DNA of 64,000 nucleotides. Source: an uncultured delta proteobacterium. GTDB taxonomy: Bacteria > Desulfobacterota > Binatia > UBA9968. A model generated the notes under the pieces. It saw nothing but the letters and a program-made list of their open reading frames with translations, made no database searches and was not told the origin of the DNA. Of the stretch, positions 10,007-19,845 are shown piece after piece. The position numbers and the translations under genes were made by a program. How positions within the stretch are numbered: the stretch's first letter is position 1; every line of letters starts with the position of its first letter. The stretch covers positions 32,001-96,000 of the forward strand of contig CAVSLC010000006.1 of the NCBI GenBank assembly GCA_963728565.1, written 5' to 3'.

Positions 10007-12229
10007 CTATTGATCCTTGTCGATCCAAACCTCCACATTGTAATCCGGCGCGCCGGATACTGGATCGATCCGGCGCGGGATCAAGACATTAGCTTCCGGC
10101 CAATATGCTTGTAAAGTTCCGGGCTTAAGCGGCGCGAGCTGAATGATCGCTTTCATTCTGCCAATGTCCGAGCGTACGATCACTTCATAGCCGTCTTCCA
10201 ACTCGAGCCTCTCGGCATCGTCCGGCGACATAAAGATGATCTGGCGCGATGTCGTTCCCATTGAACGATGTGTATGGCCGAAGGTCATGCTGTTGAATTG
10301 TTTGCCGCGCCGCGTTGCCAGATAGAATTTACCCGGGGCAGCGCGTCGATCCGGTGGCTTGATCGGCGTAAATAGGGCCCGGTTCTCAGGCATGCTGGTG
10401 AAGCCGTGTTTGAAGAGGAACGGGCCGCCCCATTGAAAATGATCGCCCTCCCTGGAGAGCTTCTCAATCCCATGATAAATCGGCATCACCCGGGCCATTT
10501 CTTCGCGGATACTTTGAGTGTCGTCGAAAGGGAAAAGAAGCTCGCCATTGGGCATGGCCTTGCGCCCGATCCGCACCGGTATCTCCCACTCGGGCAGCGC
10601 TTCGCCGATCGTATGGCCGGGAATCTCAGGGCTGAAGCGGATTCGTCTTTCGGTGCTGGTCGAGGTTCCGCCACCGCGTTGTTCATAGCGAGTTTGACTC
10701 GGCAGAATCAGTATCGATTCCTGTGCGTTGAGCAACATGGAAGTATTCAGCAGAATGTCCTGGTGTAGCCGCACCGGGACGCGCTCCAAGGCTCTCGCGA
10801 CCAAATTTCGGTCCGGAAGAGTTTCCAGTAAATTTCCGCCGATGGAATATAAAAACTGGAGCTCTCCCCGACGCGCGGCTTCGATCATATGCGGCACCTT
10901 TAAGCCGGGCATCGACGGAATCGGATGCTTCCACAGATTGGAAAAGCGACGCGCGCTCGATTCATCCACCGCGAAGCCGCCCGGGAATGTGTCCGGTTCG
11001 GCGCCGCATTCGCCTCCCCCTTGGGCGCCGCTATGGCCGCGCATCGGCATAATGCCGCATTTTTCCCGGCCGAACATGCCGCGCGCCAGAGCCAGATTGA
11101 CGATCGCTTTGACGTTATCGACGCCGAACTCATGCTGGGTCAATCCGGTGCTATAGACGAACACGGCAGACTGGGCGGTGCCGTAGAGTTGGGCGAATCC
11201 GATCATCTGATTGCGGGTGACGCCCGAGCATTGCTCGAGCATGTCCCAGGATTGTTGTTCGACGGCAGCTTTCATCTCCTCGAACCCGGCAGTGTGCGCA
11301 GCAATAAAGTCGTGATGCACCTGATCCGCGGCCAGAAGGGCTTTAAGAACCCCATTGATGAAAGCGATGTCGCCGCCAACACGCACCTGGTAGAAATCGT
11401 CCATCAGCTTGGTGCCGAAAACCGCACTGGATGGGATCGACGGCACCCAATAACGTTCCAGACCGTATTCGCGCATGGGATTGACAACGATGATGCGCGT
11501 GCCCTGTTGTTTGGCGAAGTGCATGTACTTGGTGGTCACCGGATGATTGTTGGCCAAGTCGGAGCCGAAGATGACAAGCATCTCGGTACCGATGAAATCC
11601 GCAAGCGAGCCGGTGGGGGCGCCGATACCTAGTGTCGCTTTCAAACCCGAAACGGTGGCGGCATGGCAAAGGCGCGAGCACAAATCCACGTTGTTGGTGC
11701 CGAGCACGCGCGCCAGCTTTTGAAATACATAGTAGACTTCGTTAGTCAGCCCACGTGAGGTCGCAAAGAAGGCCATCTGATTAGGCGGAGTATTGCGAAT
11801 CGATCGGGTCGTCAATTCCACTGCTTGATCCCAAGTGATTCTGCTAAAGCCTTTTTCTCCTCGACGGCGAAGCATGGGGAAAGGAATGCGTCCCAAGGAT
11901 CGCAGCTTCTCCGGCGCCAGCCGCCGAAGAGCGCTGACATCGCTCATCAGCGACGGGTCCAGCGCGCTCATCGTGTTCACCTTGAGAAGCTTCAGGCGCG
12001 TCATACAGAGATGAACGCCGTCATGAACGTTATCTTTCAATCCGTACGGACCAAGAGAGCAACCGTCGCACACGCCGCGTTTCAAGATATCCCAGGCGTA
12101 CGGTAGTTCGGTTTTGTTCTCCCAGAGCACGCCCAACATTTCGCGGTAATGCCTTGGCTTGGTCTGGCCGACCAAGCCAAAGGGAACGAAGCGCGAGAGC
12201 CCAGTGCCGTTTGATGTTAGCTTAGACAT
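10007..12229 (-). CDS. FdhF/YdeP-family molybdopterin oxidoreductase
   Basis: CDGCSLG, TSRGLTNE, GTNNVDLCSRLCH, RGHSGAQG, TRRGKQFNSM, YWPEANVL. Confidence 0.9.
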   Translation of the reverse strand: MSKLTSNGTGLSRFVPFGLVGQTKPRHYREMLGVLWENKTELPYAWDILKRGVCDGCSLGPYGLKDNVHDGVHLCMTRLKLLKVNTMSALDPSLMSDVSALRRLAPEKLRSLGRIPFPMLRRRGEKGFSRITWDQAVELTTRSIRNTPPNQMAFFATSRGLTNEVYYVFQKLARVLGTNNVDLCSRLCHAATVSGLKATLGIGAPTGSLADFIGTEMLVIFGSDLANNHPVTTKYMHFAKQQGTRIIVVNPMREYGLERYWVPSIPSSAVFGTKLMDDFYQVRVGGDIAFINGVLKALLAADQVHHDFIAAHTAGFEEMKAAVEQQSWDMLEQCSGVTRNQMIGFAQLYGTAQSAVFVYSTGLTQHEFGVDNVKAIVNLALARGMFGREKCGIMPMRGHSGAQGGGECGAEPDTFPGGFAVDESSARRFSNLWKHPIPSMPGLKVPHMIEAARRGELQFLYSIGGNLLETLPDRNLVARALERVPVRLHQDILLNTSMLLNAQESILILPSQTRYEQRGGGTSTSTERRIRFSPEIPGHTIGEALPEWEIPVRIGRKAMPNGELLFPFDDTQSIREEMARVMPIYHGIEKLSREGDHFQWGGPFLFKHGFTSMPENRALFTPIKPPDRRAAPGKFYLATRRGKQFNSMTFGHTHRSMGTTSRQIIFMSPDDAERLELEDGYEVIVRSDIGRMKAIIQLAPLKPGTLQAYWPEANVLIPRRIDPVSGAPDYNVEVWIDKDQ

Positions 12230-12241
12230 GGGTCTTGAACA

Positions 12242-12697
12242 TCAACCGTCTGTCTTGCGCAATTCTTCGAGAACCGCGAAAAACTTCTCGGGTTCGCTTT
12301 TCGAGACAGCTGTTTTGTACAAGGCATAGCGTTGATGAGAGGACCAAGCGGTCCACTCTTCGAGTGTAACGGCCTTGCCGTTATCGCCGGATCGTTCCCG
12401 AACCGGTGCCGGAACGTGATCCGAAATTTCCCATAAGGGTTCCATGGGCGGAAGTTCTTGCGCCGGGGCCTGGCAATACTGGCGGGAGAGAAAGTTCAGG
12501 TAATCCTTAAAAACTTGCTTCTCGTCTGGGTGGTCCACCGGCAAGTGGCAGATCGCGGTGCGTTCTTCGATGTGGAAGGCGAGCCACTGCTTGAGAGATA
12601 ATTTGATGCCGGCAAGATCGAGCTTCATCCGGACATGCAGGGGAAGACGTTCCAAATATGGATAAGAGTCTTTTTCGTATTGAAATCTGTGAAACAT
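12242..12697 (-). CDS. Nitrate-reductase-associated protein (NarM-like)
   Basis: FxFE...LPLHVRMKLDLAGIKLSLKQW and W..W..QRYALYK patterns; 12 bp upstream of the Mo enzyme. Confidence 0.7.
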   Translation of the reverse strand: MFHRFQYEKDSYPYLERLPLHVRMKLDLAGIKLSLKQWLAFHIEERTAICHLPVDHPDEKQVFKDYLNFLSRQYCQAPAQELPPMEPLWEISDHVPAPVRERSGDNGKAVTLEEWTAWSSHQRYALYKTAVSKSEPEKFFAVLEELRKTDG

Positions 12698-13145
12698 AAT
12701 CTGCCGAGGGAATTTGCCTTTCGATCGGGCAAAAAGATATTTTCCCCTTCATTCATGGAAGTCAACCACATTATGTATGTATTGGATTAAAAAGACACGT
12801 GAATAGCGCGGTTTAACCCGCCATAGCAGCTTGGCGGCGGCAGCGATGGCAATCAACGTTCAAACCCGGGAACCCTCGGCGTTATCCGGGCTTGGTGGCC
12901 CGTGAAATTGCGGCCGCCGATGAAGTTGATAAAAAGAGAGTTTTGAAGACCAGTTATTGGGTATATTAAAAATATTCAGCGCTGCGCCCGGGAAACGCGC
13001 AAAACCTTTATCGGGGTGCTAATACATGCGATTTGAACCTCGTGCGGGACGCAAGGGCAAAACATCCTGCGCGAGGAAAAAAGCGCTTCCAATATGAAAC
13101 GTCCACGGATAAGTCATTCTAGCTGAAGAGGAATGCCGTAACATT

Positions 13146-13670
13146 ATGCAGAGTCTCCCGCCCAAAACTAATAATCCACCGCCGCCGATTGAGCCGACCG
13201 GATTCTTTACCGGAATCAAAATCCGCCCGGTCATCATCGGTGTCGCGGTCGATATTGTTGCTACGATGCTTCTGTCAACGATCTATTACTTTGTCTTCGT
13301 AGCGCGGGATTTAAGCGAGCCGGGTGCCATTTCCGAAGAGGCATTATCTCAGTACTGGAGTTCCAGCGAAGGCATCATGGCCAGTCTGGTAATCGGCACG
13401 TTTTGTACTGCGATCGGTGGTTTCTATGCCGGCCTTAAAGCGGGCGTACTGGAGATGAAGCACGGCGGCCTTGTTGGTGTAGGTTCGATCCTGACCGGAT
13501 TCATCCTGCAATCGGTCGGTGAAAACGGCACGGGACTCAATCAATGGCAAATGCTGATTGCCTATGCAGCGGCGATTCCCGCCGGAGCTTTGGGCGGTTC
13601 TGTGGCTGAGTGGGCGCGCGGCTTTGCGCCGGTGAAACCGCCAGACGGCGGCGCTTGGCCCAGGCATTAA
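13146..13670 (+). CDS. Hypothetical membrane protein (about 4 TM)
   Basis: 174 aa with hydrophobic Gly-rich helices. Confidence 0.7.
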   Translation: MQSLPPKTNNPPPPIEPTGFFTGIKIRPVIIGVAVDIVATMLLSTIYYFVFVARDLSEPGAISEEALSQYWSSSEGIMASLVIGTFCTAIGGFYAGLKAGVLEMKHGGLVGVGSILTGFILQSVGENGTGLNQWQMLIAYAAAIPAGALGGSVAEWARGFAPVKPPDGGAWPRH

Positions 13671-13675
13671 GCATT

Positions 13676-14228
13676 ATGCGGGGGATCGAATATAGACGCG
13701 CCGGGCCCGAAGATTATGCCGGAATCGTTCGGCTGCAGCGGGCTAATTATATTGCGAACCTCACGGCACGAGGAGCGCCGGGAAGGTTTTCTCTCCGCCG
13801 AGTTCGGTTCGGATCAGGTTGCCGCCATTGCGAGCGATCTCGGGATCGCCATCGTCACGATGGACGATGACCTTGCCGGTTGCTTGTGCGGAATCAGGCG
13901 CGAATTCGACCATGGCTCGCCGGTGGTTGCGAAAATGCTCGAGTCCTACGACCAGGCTTGGTTCCAAGGCAAACCGCTAAGCGCATTCAACAGCTATATA
14001 TACGGTCCGGTATGCATTGCTCGTCAGCACCGCCGCCGCGGCCTGCTGCGCGGGCTGTATGATTTCCAAAAAAAAGATTTGGCCGGTCAATTCGACGTCG
14101 GCGTCGCCCTGGTCTCACATAGCAATCCTCATTCAATGCAGGCGCATGTGGAGGGATTGGGAATGAGCGAAGCGGGGGAATTCGAAGTAAACGGCAACTT
14201 ATTCGCCATCCTGGCGTTCCGCATTTGA
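13676..14228 (+). CDS. GNAT-family acetyltransferase, frameshift near 13765
   Basis: MRGIEYRRAGPEDYAGIVRLQRAN joins EERREGFLS...YGPVCIARQHRRRGL...NPHSMQAH. Confidence 0.75.
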
Positions 14229-14510
14229 ATCTATGGCTGCTCGAATCATGCACACGCTACCAATGCCCTCGAGGTGAGTCGCCTCCGAGAAGGCGAGGGG
14301 CCTGTATCTCGAGGCTTAGCGTGATCTGTCAGTGGTGCAGCGAATGCTAGGTAGGAGTTGTCATTGTCCGGCCAAGCACCAAAGAAGTCGTTGAAGTTGT
14401 ACCGCTCGGCGCCTTCGCCTCTCCGGGCTCACCCCGACGGCCTACGCAGTCATCATTTTTTACGCTGATCATGACGAATGCGGGCTACCAGCTTGCTGAA
14501 AACTCTGTTT

Positions 14511-14587
14511 GCAGGCTGCTCAAAAAGAGCTCAAAGGCGAGTCGGGCGAAGCGCAACGAAGCATATGAGGCTTTTTCAGCAACCTGC
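14511..14587. repeat. MITE-like palindromic element M, short copy
   Basis: GCAGGCTGCTCAAAAAG...GCGCAACGAAGCATATGAGGCTTTTTCAGCAACCTGC. Confidence 0.8.
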
Positions 14588-14694
14588 GAGTGAAGCCCGT
14601 ACCGGCTTGCGCATTGGCCAGCGCTCTCATAGAATCCCTTCGTCGTCGTCACTCCTCGGCGACGGCGACATTTTCGAAAGGAGAATGATAAATA

Positions 14695-15198
14695 ATGGAT
14701 AAAGAGATCAAGAAGACCGCGCTGAGAATGATTCCGTATGGGCTCTATGTTCTGACCGGTGAAGGCAAAGACGGCAAGATCGCCGCGGCGACAGTCAACT
14801 GGGTAACGCAAACTGCCTTTGATCCGCCGCTGGTGGTGGTGGGCGTGAAAGCCGACTCCGGCGCTCATGCGATTATCAAGGAATCGGGAACATTCGCTTT
14901 AAATATTCTTGGCAAGGATCAAAAAAACCAGGCTTATACCTTTTTCAAAGCGCTCGAGCGCGAAGGCGATAAGATCGGCGGCGAACCATTCCGCAAGGGA
15001 AGTCTTGGCGCGCCGATTTTGCAGAACGCTCCGGCGTTTGTCGAGTGCCAACTAGTGGAGACCATCGAGAGGGGCGACCATTCGATTTTCGTCGGTGAGG
15101 TCAAAGATGCCGGGGTTGCCGCGCAACCTGAAGGACGCCCTGACGATGCGACGCTAACCCTTAAAGATCTGGGTGATAAAGTTTTTTATGGCGGCTAG
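14695..15198 (+). CDS. Flavin reductase family protein
   Basis: IPYGLYVLT, NWVTQTAFDPP, GDHSIFVGEV. Confidence 0.9.
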   Translation: MDKEIKKTALRMIPYGLYVLTGEGKDGKIAAATVNWVTQTAFDPPLVVVGVKADSGAHAIIKESGTFALNILGKDQKNQAYTFFKALEREGDKIGGEPFRKGSLGAPILQNAPAFVECQLVETIERGDHSIFVGEVKDAGVAAQPEGRPDDATLTLKDLGDKVFYGG

Positions 15199-15322
15199 CA
15201 ACTGATCAAAAAGGCCACCTGCTTCGTTGCGCACGGTCGGCTCGCTTCTACGTACACTAGGAGTGCGCTTTCGCTCGACGACTCATGGCGCGTCTCGCAT
15301 CTAGTCTTTTTGATCAGGCTGC
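15198..15322. repeat. MITE-like palindromic element M, diverged copy (reverse orientation)
   Basis: GCAACTGATCAAAAAG...GCTTCGTTGCGC...CTTTTTGATCAGGCTGC. Confidence 0.7.
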
Positions 15323-15360
15323 CGACAAGGAAATAAAAACGATCCGATAAAGGGGAAATC

Positions 15361-15744
15361 ATGGCTAAAATTCGACACATTGCTTACCGCGCAGAGGACG
15401 TCGACGCGATGGCCAAGTTTTTCGTAGATGCGATGGGCATGACCATCAAGCAGAAGCGCAAGAACACCGCCGTCGATCTTACCGATGGCACCACCAACAT
15501 CACGGTGCTTCCCTTGGCGGCCGGCAGACCGGGTGGCGAGCCGGGCCGCGCCGGTATCGATCACATCGGCTTCACCGTTGAAAGTGAAGAGGAAGCCAGC
15601 CGCATGCTGGAGGCAGCCGGCGCGCACAAGATCGGACGGGTCGAACTTGGCAGTCAGGTGCACTACGAGGTTAAGTATCAAGGGCCGGAAGGTATCGTCG
15701 TCGACGTGGGTCACTGGCTTGGAACCGAACCGATTACGAAATAG
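15361..15744 (+). CDS. VOC/glyoxalase family protein
   Basis: KIRHIA, GIDHIGFTV, GPEGIVVDV. Confidence 0.85.
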   Translation: MAKIRHIAYRAEDVDAMAKFFVDAMGMTIKQKRKNTAVDLTDGTTNITVLPLAAGRPGGEPGRAGIDHIGFTVESEEEASRMLEAAGAHKIGRVELGSQVHYEVKYQGPEGIVVDVGHWLGTEPITK

Positions 15745-15769
15745 ATGACACCGCAGTGGCGGTGTCATC
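15744..15769. terminator. Perfect 11-bp hairpin after VOC gene (terminator-like)
   Basis: GATGACACCGC-AGTG-GCGGTGTCATC between convergent genes; no strong U tract. Confidence 0.5.
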
Positions 15770-15929
15770 GTTCAACGGTTCAACCGTTCAATGGTTCAAC
15801 GTCAGGCCTCGGACTAGAAACAATCGTTCAAGATGTTCAAGCTGTTCAAAGGTTCGCGACGTTCTTCTCACTGCTGACGTTGTAATCAGGCACCGACTTC
15901 TGACATTGAACATTTGAACGTTGAAACTG
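15770..15929. repeat. Periodic palindrome family B ((GTTCAAnn)n ... (TTGAAC)n)
   Basis: GTTCAACGGTTCAACCGTTCAATGGTTCAACGTCAG; GTTCAAGATGTTCAAGCTGTTCAAAGGTTC; inverted CTGACATTGAACATTTGAACGTTGAAAC. Confidence 0.8.
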
Positions 15930-15938
15930 ATGATTCGT

Positions 15939-17408
15939 TTAACGAATCATCAGCCTTTCCGCTTTCCCCGAATAATTGATAAATACAGTCTTCAGCTCGG
16001 TGAAGAAGTTCAAGCCTTCTTCGGCCATTTCGCGCTCGCCGACACCGGTGGATTTAGTGCCGCCGAAGGGAAGCTGGGCTTCACCGCCGATGGTTGGCTC
16101 ATTGACGTGCACCATGCCGGTTTCGACTTCTTCGACGAAGTTCATGATCGTATCGATGTTCTCGGTAAAGATCGAAGTGGTCAGGCCGTATTCCACGCCA
16201 TTGGCATAACTCAACGCCTCTTCTAAATTGTTGGCGGTGGAGACCGAAAGTACGGGTCCGAAGACTTCCTCTTTAAAGAGCCGCATGCCGGGCGCGACAT
16301 TATCGAAAATTGTTGGTGCGACGAAGTAACCCCTGCCGAGGTGCTCGGGCTTTTTGCCGCCCAGCAGCAAGCGAGCGCCTTCTTCCTGTCCGATCCTGAT
16401 GTAGTCCAAATCGGTTTTCCACTGCTTCTCATCCACGGCCGGACCCATATCGACGGTTTCATCCAGACCGGAGCCGATTTTGATTTTCTTGGCGGCTTCG
16501 ATAAGCCGCTCCGTGAGCGCGTCTTTGATGGCCGGATTGACGATCACCCGCGATGTTGCCGTGCAGCGCTGTCCAGTGGAACCGAAGGCGCCGCCGTGAA
16601 TGGCAACGGCTGCCTTATCCAGATCGGCATCCGCCATGACGATGACCGCGTTTTTACCGCCCATCTCACAGGTCACTTTTGCGCCGCGCTGCGCCGCTTT
16701 AACGTAGAGCGCGCCGCCGATTTCGTTGGATCCGGTGAAGGATACGGCGCGAATGGTCGGAGAATTGACAATCGCTTCGCCGACCACCGAGCCGGAACCT
16801 ACCACCATATTGAAAACACCCGGCGGCAGGCCGGCTTGTTCATAAATCTCGGCGAGCAACGCCGCCGTGGCCGGTGTCAGCTCGGCCGGTTTGAATATCA
16901 CGGTATTGCCGGCGACCAGCGCCGGCGCGGATTTCCAGACCGGAATAGCCCAGGGAAAGTTCCACGGGGCGATCAGGCCGACCGCTCCCAAAGGCCTGCG
17001 AACCGTGTAGGTAAAAGTATCGCGCGCCTCCGACGGAAGCGTCTTGCCGTGCATGCGATAACCTTCGCCGGCATAAAATTCCATTAGCGAAATACCCTTC
17101 AGCACTTCGCCTTTGGCTTCCTTCAAGATTTTGCCCTCTTCGCGGGTCAGGGTGCGGGCGATTTCGTCAGCGCGCTGGCGCGCGATATCGGCCGCGCGCC
17201 AGAGGACGCGGCCACGCTCGGGTCCAGGCGTTCTCTTCCAGCCTTTAAAAGCCGCTTGTGCCGCTTCAATCGCGCGGTGCGCATCCTGTGATGTTGCCGC
17301 GGGAAACTCGGCGATGACGTCGTTGAGGTCGGCTGGATTGATGTTGCGCACCAGCCGCTCGGATTTTGGATGAAACCACTTGCCGTCGATATAGGAGCCG
17401 GTATTCAT
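15939..17408 (-). CDS. Aldehyde dehydrogenase (alpha-ketoglutaric semialdehyde dehydrogenase-like)
   Basis: PWNFP, FTGS, EMGGKN, GQRCTA (catalytic Cys), EEVFGP, PFGG. Confidence 0.92.
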   Translation of the reverse strand: MNTGSYIDGKWFHPKSERLVRNINPADLNDVIAEFPAATSQDAHRAIEAAQAAFKGWKRTPGPERGRVLWRAADIARQRADEIARTLTREEGKILKEAKGEVLKGISLMEFYAGEGYRMHGKTLPSEARDTFTYTVRRPLGAVGLIAPWNFPWAIPVWKSAPALVAGNTVIFKPAELTPATAALLAEIYEQAGLPPGVFNMVVGSGSVVGEAIVNSPTIRAVSFTGSNEIGGALYVKAAQRGAKVTCEMGGKNAVIVMADADLDKAAVAIHGGAFGSTGQRCTATSRVIVNPAIKDALTERLIEAAKKIKIGSGLDETVDMGPAVDEKQWKTDLDYIRIGQEEGARLLLGGKKPEHLGRGYFVAPTIFDNVAPGMRLFKEEVFGPVLSVSTANNLEEALSYANGVEYGLTTSIFTENIDTIMNFVEEVETGMVHVNEPTIGGEAQLPFGGTKSTGVGEREMAEEGLNFFTELKTVFINYSGKAERLMIR

Positions 17409-17519
17409 GTTTGCCTCCTCCAGAAAAAACTAGCTACCTTCCTGCCGCAGAGTCGCGGCCAACTAAACAATCACCACGGAGACATAGCAGCGGCAGCGTT
17501 CCAACCAATCTCGGAGTAT

Positions 17520-17588
17520 CTCGCGCAAAGGCGCAAGGCGCAAGGAAAAAACGATATCCGAACTTGCGTCTTGGCGATTTGGCGCGAG
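17520..17588. repeat. Periodic palindrome family C ((GCGCAAG)3 ... inverted)
   Basis: CTCGCGCAAAGGCGCAAGGCGCAAGG and CTTGCGTCTTGGCGATTTGGCGCGAG. Confidence 0.75.
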
Positions 17589-17645
17589 TCAATCCTCCTG
17601 ATCATGAGCTATGAATTGTCACAGACTTTGCCTAAGCTGCAAAAT

Positions 17646-18698
17646 CTATCTGCGAGCTAGCTCGCGCAATTTCTTGTTCCATAGCTCATCGAGTTTCTCA
17701 TACTGATCGGTTGTGAGTCCCTGCTCAGGATACCAGCGCTTGAATCCGTAATCTTTGATTGGGCTGCCGTACTCGTATTGCTCAAGCACTTTTTGTCCGC
17801 CGGGACCTAAAATAAAGTCGGCCAGGAGCAGGGCAGCGTGTGGATGCGGCGCATTGGCCGAAACGGCGGTGGATCCCGAGTTGGACGGCACAATCTCCAT
17901 AGGAAGCCATTCGATGGGAGCATTGGCTTTGAGGGATACCTCGGCATGATTGCGGAAGGTTGTCGGCGATACTCCGACCTCGCCGGATATCACCATATCG
18001 AGAAGCGCTCGTCCTGAGACGTTATGAACCGCGGGATTTTGCTCGTTCAACTTCTTAAAATATTCTTCACCTTTGAACTTGAGCATCGCTCCGACGACGG
18101 TCACGCCGGTGTCGCTTCCCGCGAAGCCGATCTTGCCCTTCAGCTCGGGCCGCAGCAAACCATCATAGTTCTTTGGCACCAGGTTGGCTGGTATCGAATT
18201 CTTGTTATAAGCCAGACCGATGTGAGACTCGCGATCGATCGCCCAGTACACTAGCCCTTTAGCGTCCTTCTCTTTGACATGCTCGGGGTACTTTGTCTCG
18301 GTTGAGAAATAATACGGGGCGATCAGCTTATTGTCTTTCAAGAGCTTTAAAAGCGGAATGGTTGTTTCAATGGTATCGACGATGTGCCGCTTGGCCTGGC
18401 TCTCAGCGAGAATCCTGGCGCCGAGCTCCTGCCGCGTGCCGCGGTAGGATTCTACTTTGACGCCGGGATACTGGCTCTCGAAAGCAGCCGCGAGATCTTT
18501 GTACGAGCCGCCCGCGAGGGATGTGTACCAGGTGATTTTGCCTTCGGCTTTGGCGCCGGCATACAGAACCTTTTCCCGGTCCGGTTTGTTGTATGCCGCT
18601 AGTTGCGCCAGCGACATAGGTTTGACCGTTTGTGCCGATCCGGAAGAAGCCAAACCTAAGGAAAGAACCAATACACAGGTTAACATCTTTATCTTCAT
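17646..18698 (-). CDS. ABC extracellular solute-binding protein (Fe3+/polyamine/thiamine-like family)
   Basis: Start MKIKML with RBS AAGGAG; AKAEGKITWYTS; PKNYDGLLRPELKGKI; APHPHAALLLADF. Confidence 0.85.
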   Translation of the reverse strand: MKIKMLTCVLVLSLGLASSGSAQTVKPMSLAQLAAYNKPDREKVLYAGAKAEGKITWYTSLAGGSYKDLAAAFESQYPGVKVESYRGTRQELGARILAESQAKRHIVDTIETTIPLLKLLKDNKLIAPYYFSTETKYPEHVKEKDAKGLVYWAIDRESHIGLAYNKNSIPANLVPKNYDGLLRPELKGKIGFAGSDTGVTVVGAMLKFKGEEYFKKLNEQNPAVHNVSGRALLDMVISGEVGVSPTTFRNHAEVSLKANAPIEWLPMEIVPSNSGSTAVSANAPHPHAALLLADFILGPGGQKVLEQYEYGSPIKDYGFKRWYPEQGLTTDQYEKLDELWNKKLRELARR

Positions 18699-18732
18699 CG
18701 CTGCTCCTTTACTTGTCGAGCTCTCATTTTTG

Positions 18733-19665
18733 TTAGTATCCGGTTTCTGCCAATTGATGATAGAACAGTTTGAGAAACTGCCGCAGCCGTTCGGGACGTT
18801 TGTAATGCGCAAACTCCTGGGGAACCTTAAATTCCTTTTCGATCTGCTCGACGGTTCTGCCTGCCTGCGCCATTTTAGCGACTTCGTCTCTCATCACGAC
18901 AAAATAGCGTCTCTGCTCTTCAAGATCTTTAATGCCGCGGCCGATATGAACCGGTCCGTGGCCTGGAATGTAGGTCTCGACGGCGAGACTGCGCGCCATG
19001 ATGCTGTCCAGGACTTTAATCCAGCCGCTGACGTTGGAGAAAAATACGCCGGCAGATTCGCCTTGGCCGGGATGAATCTCGGTATCGAGCAGGTCGCCCA
19101 TCAGCATCACGCGTTTTTGCGGAATATAAACCGTCAAGTCTCCGGTGCTGTGGGCGCGGGCTTCCGGCGTGATTTGAAACGTGAGGCCGCCGAAGTAAAG
19201 CGTCATCGGGCCGTCGATCGCAATCGTCGGCGTGAGCGGTTCTCCTTTTTGGTAAGCCGCGGAGCGCGGGTCTTTGGAATTTCTGCGCTCGATAAACTCT
19301 TCGCGCTCCTGCATTTGCAAATCGTGCGCTTGGTTTTTCGTCGCGATCCAGACCGGCGCGTCTTCGCGGAAATGCCAGGCGCCTGACGCATGGTCACCGG
19401 CGCTGTGCGAAGTGATCAGATATTTAATTTTTTTGTCGGTGCTCTTGCGGATAAATTCAAGTGTTTGATCGGCGTTTTCGATGTGGAAGTCTAAGACCAA
19501 AACGCCCTCATCCGTGATCACCACCGTTGAATTGCCGGATCCCTGAGAATGCTCCAGCATGTAAATCCCATCGGTGACCTTGACCGGAGTCATTTTAACC
19601 GGAGCCGCGGCTCCAGTCATAAACAGCCAAGCCACTGCCAGCGCTGCCAGGAGTGTTCCATTCAT
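18733..19665 (-). CDS. Secreted MBL-fold metallo-hydrolase (cyclase-like)
   Basis: Signal peptide; SHSAGDH (variant HxHxDH), AHSTGD, GDL, PGHG. Confidence 0.8.
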   Translation of the reverse strand: MNGTLLAALAVAWLFMTGAAAPVKMTPVKVTDGIYMLEHSQGSGNSTVVITDEGVLVLDFHIENADQTLEFIRKSTDKKIKYLITSHSAGDHASGAWHFREDAPVWIATKNQAHDLQMQEREEFIERRNSKDPRSAAYQKGEPLTPTIAIDGPMTLYFGGLTFQITPEARAHSTGDLTVYIPQKRVMLMGDLLDTEIHPGQGESAGVFFSNVSGWIKVLDSIMARSLAVETYIPGHGPVHIGRGIKDLEEQRRYFVVMRDEVAKMAQAGRTVEQIEKEFKVPQEFAHYKRPERLRQFLKLFYHQLAETGY

Positions 19666-19845
19666 TTGTATCTCCTCATGAATTGTCTTGTCGTGCAAGT
19701 TTTAGGCAGGCGAACCGTGGATCGTGATCGTGTCCGTGGAGGCGACCAGCGAGCATTTTCGAACACACGAACACCTACCACGAACACGAATTGAAGGCGA
19801 GACCAAGGGAACGCACCGAAGCATCAAACGCATTGAAGAGCGCGC

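Noticed and set aside
10007-12229. Selenocysteine formate dehydrogenase
   Set aside because: The active-site motif is Cys (SRLCH), there is no in-frame TGA, and the sequence fits the YdeP-like subfamily.
13040-13080. c-di-GMP-I riboswitch (GGGACGCAA)
   Set aside because: No upstream GGCAAA...GAAA P2 arrangement, and the segment sits in a different hairpin.
14400-14435. Glycine riboswitch on the minus strand (GGAGAG...GCCGA)
   Set aside because: Lacks the CCGAAGG and CTCAGG cores and has no suitable downstream gene.
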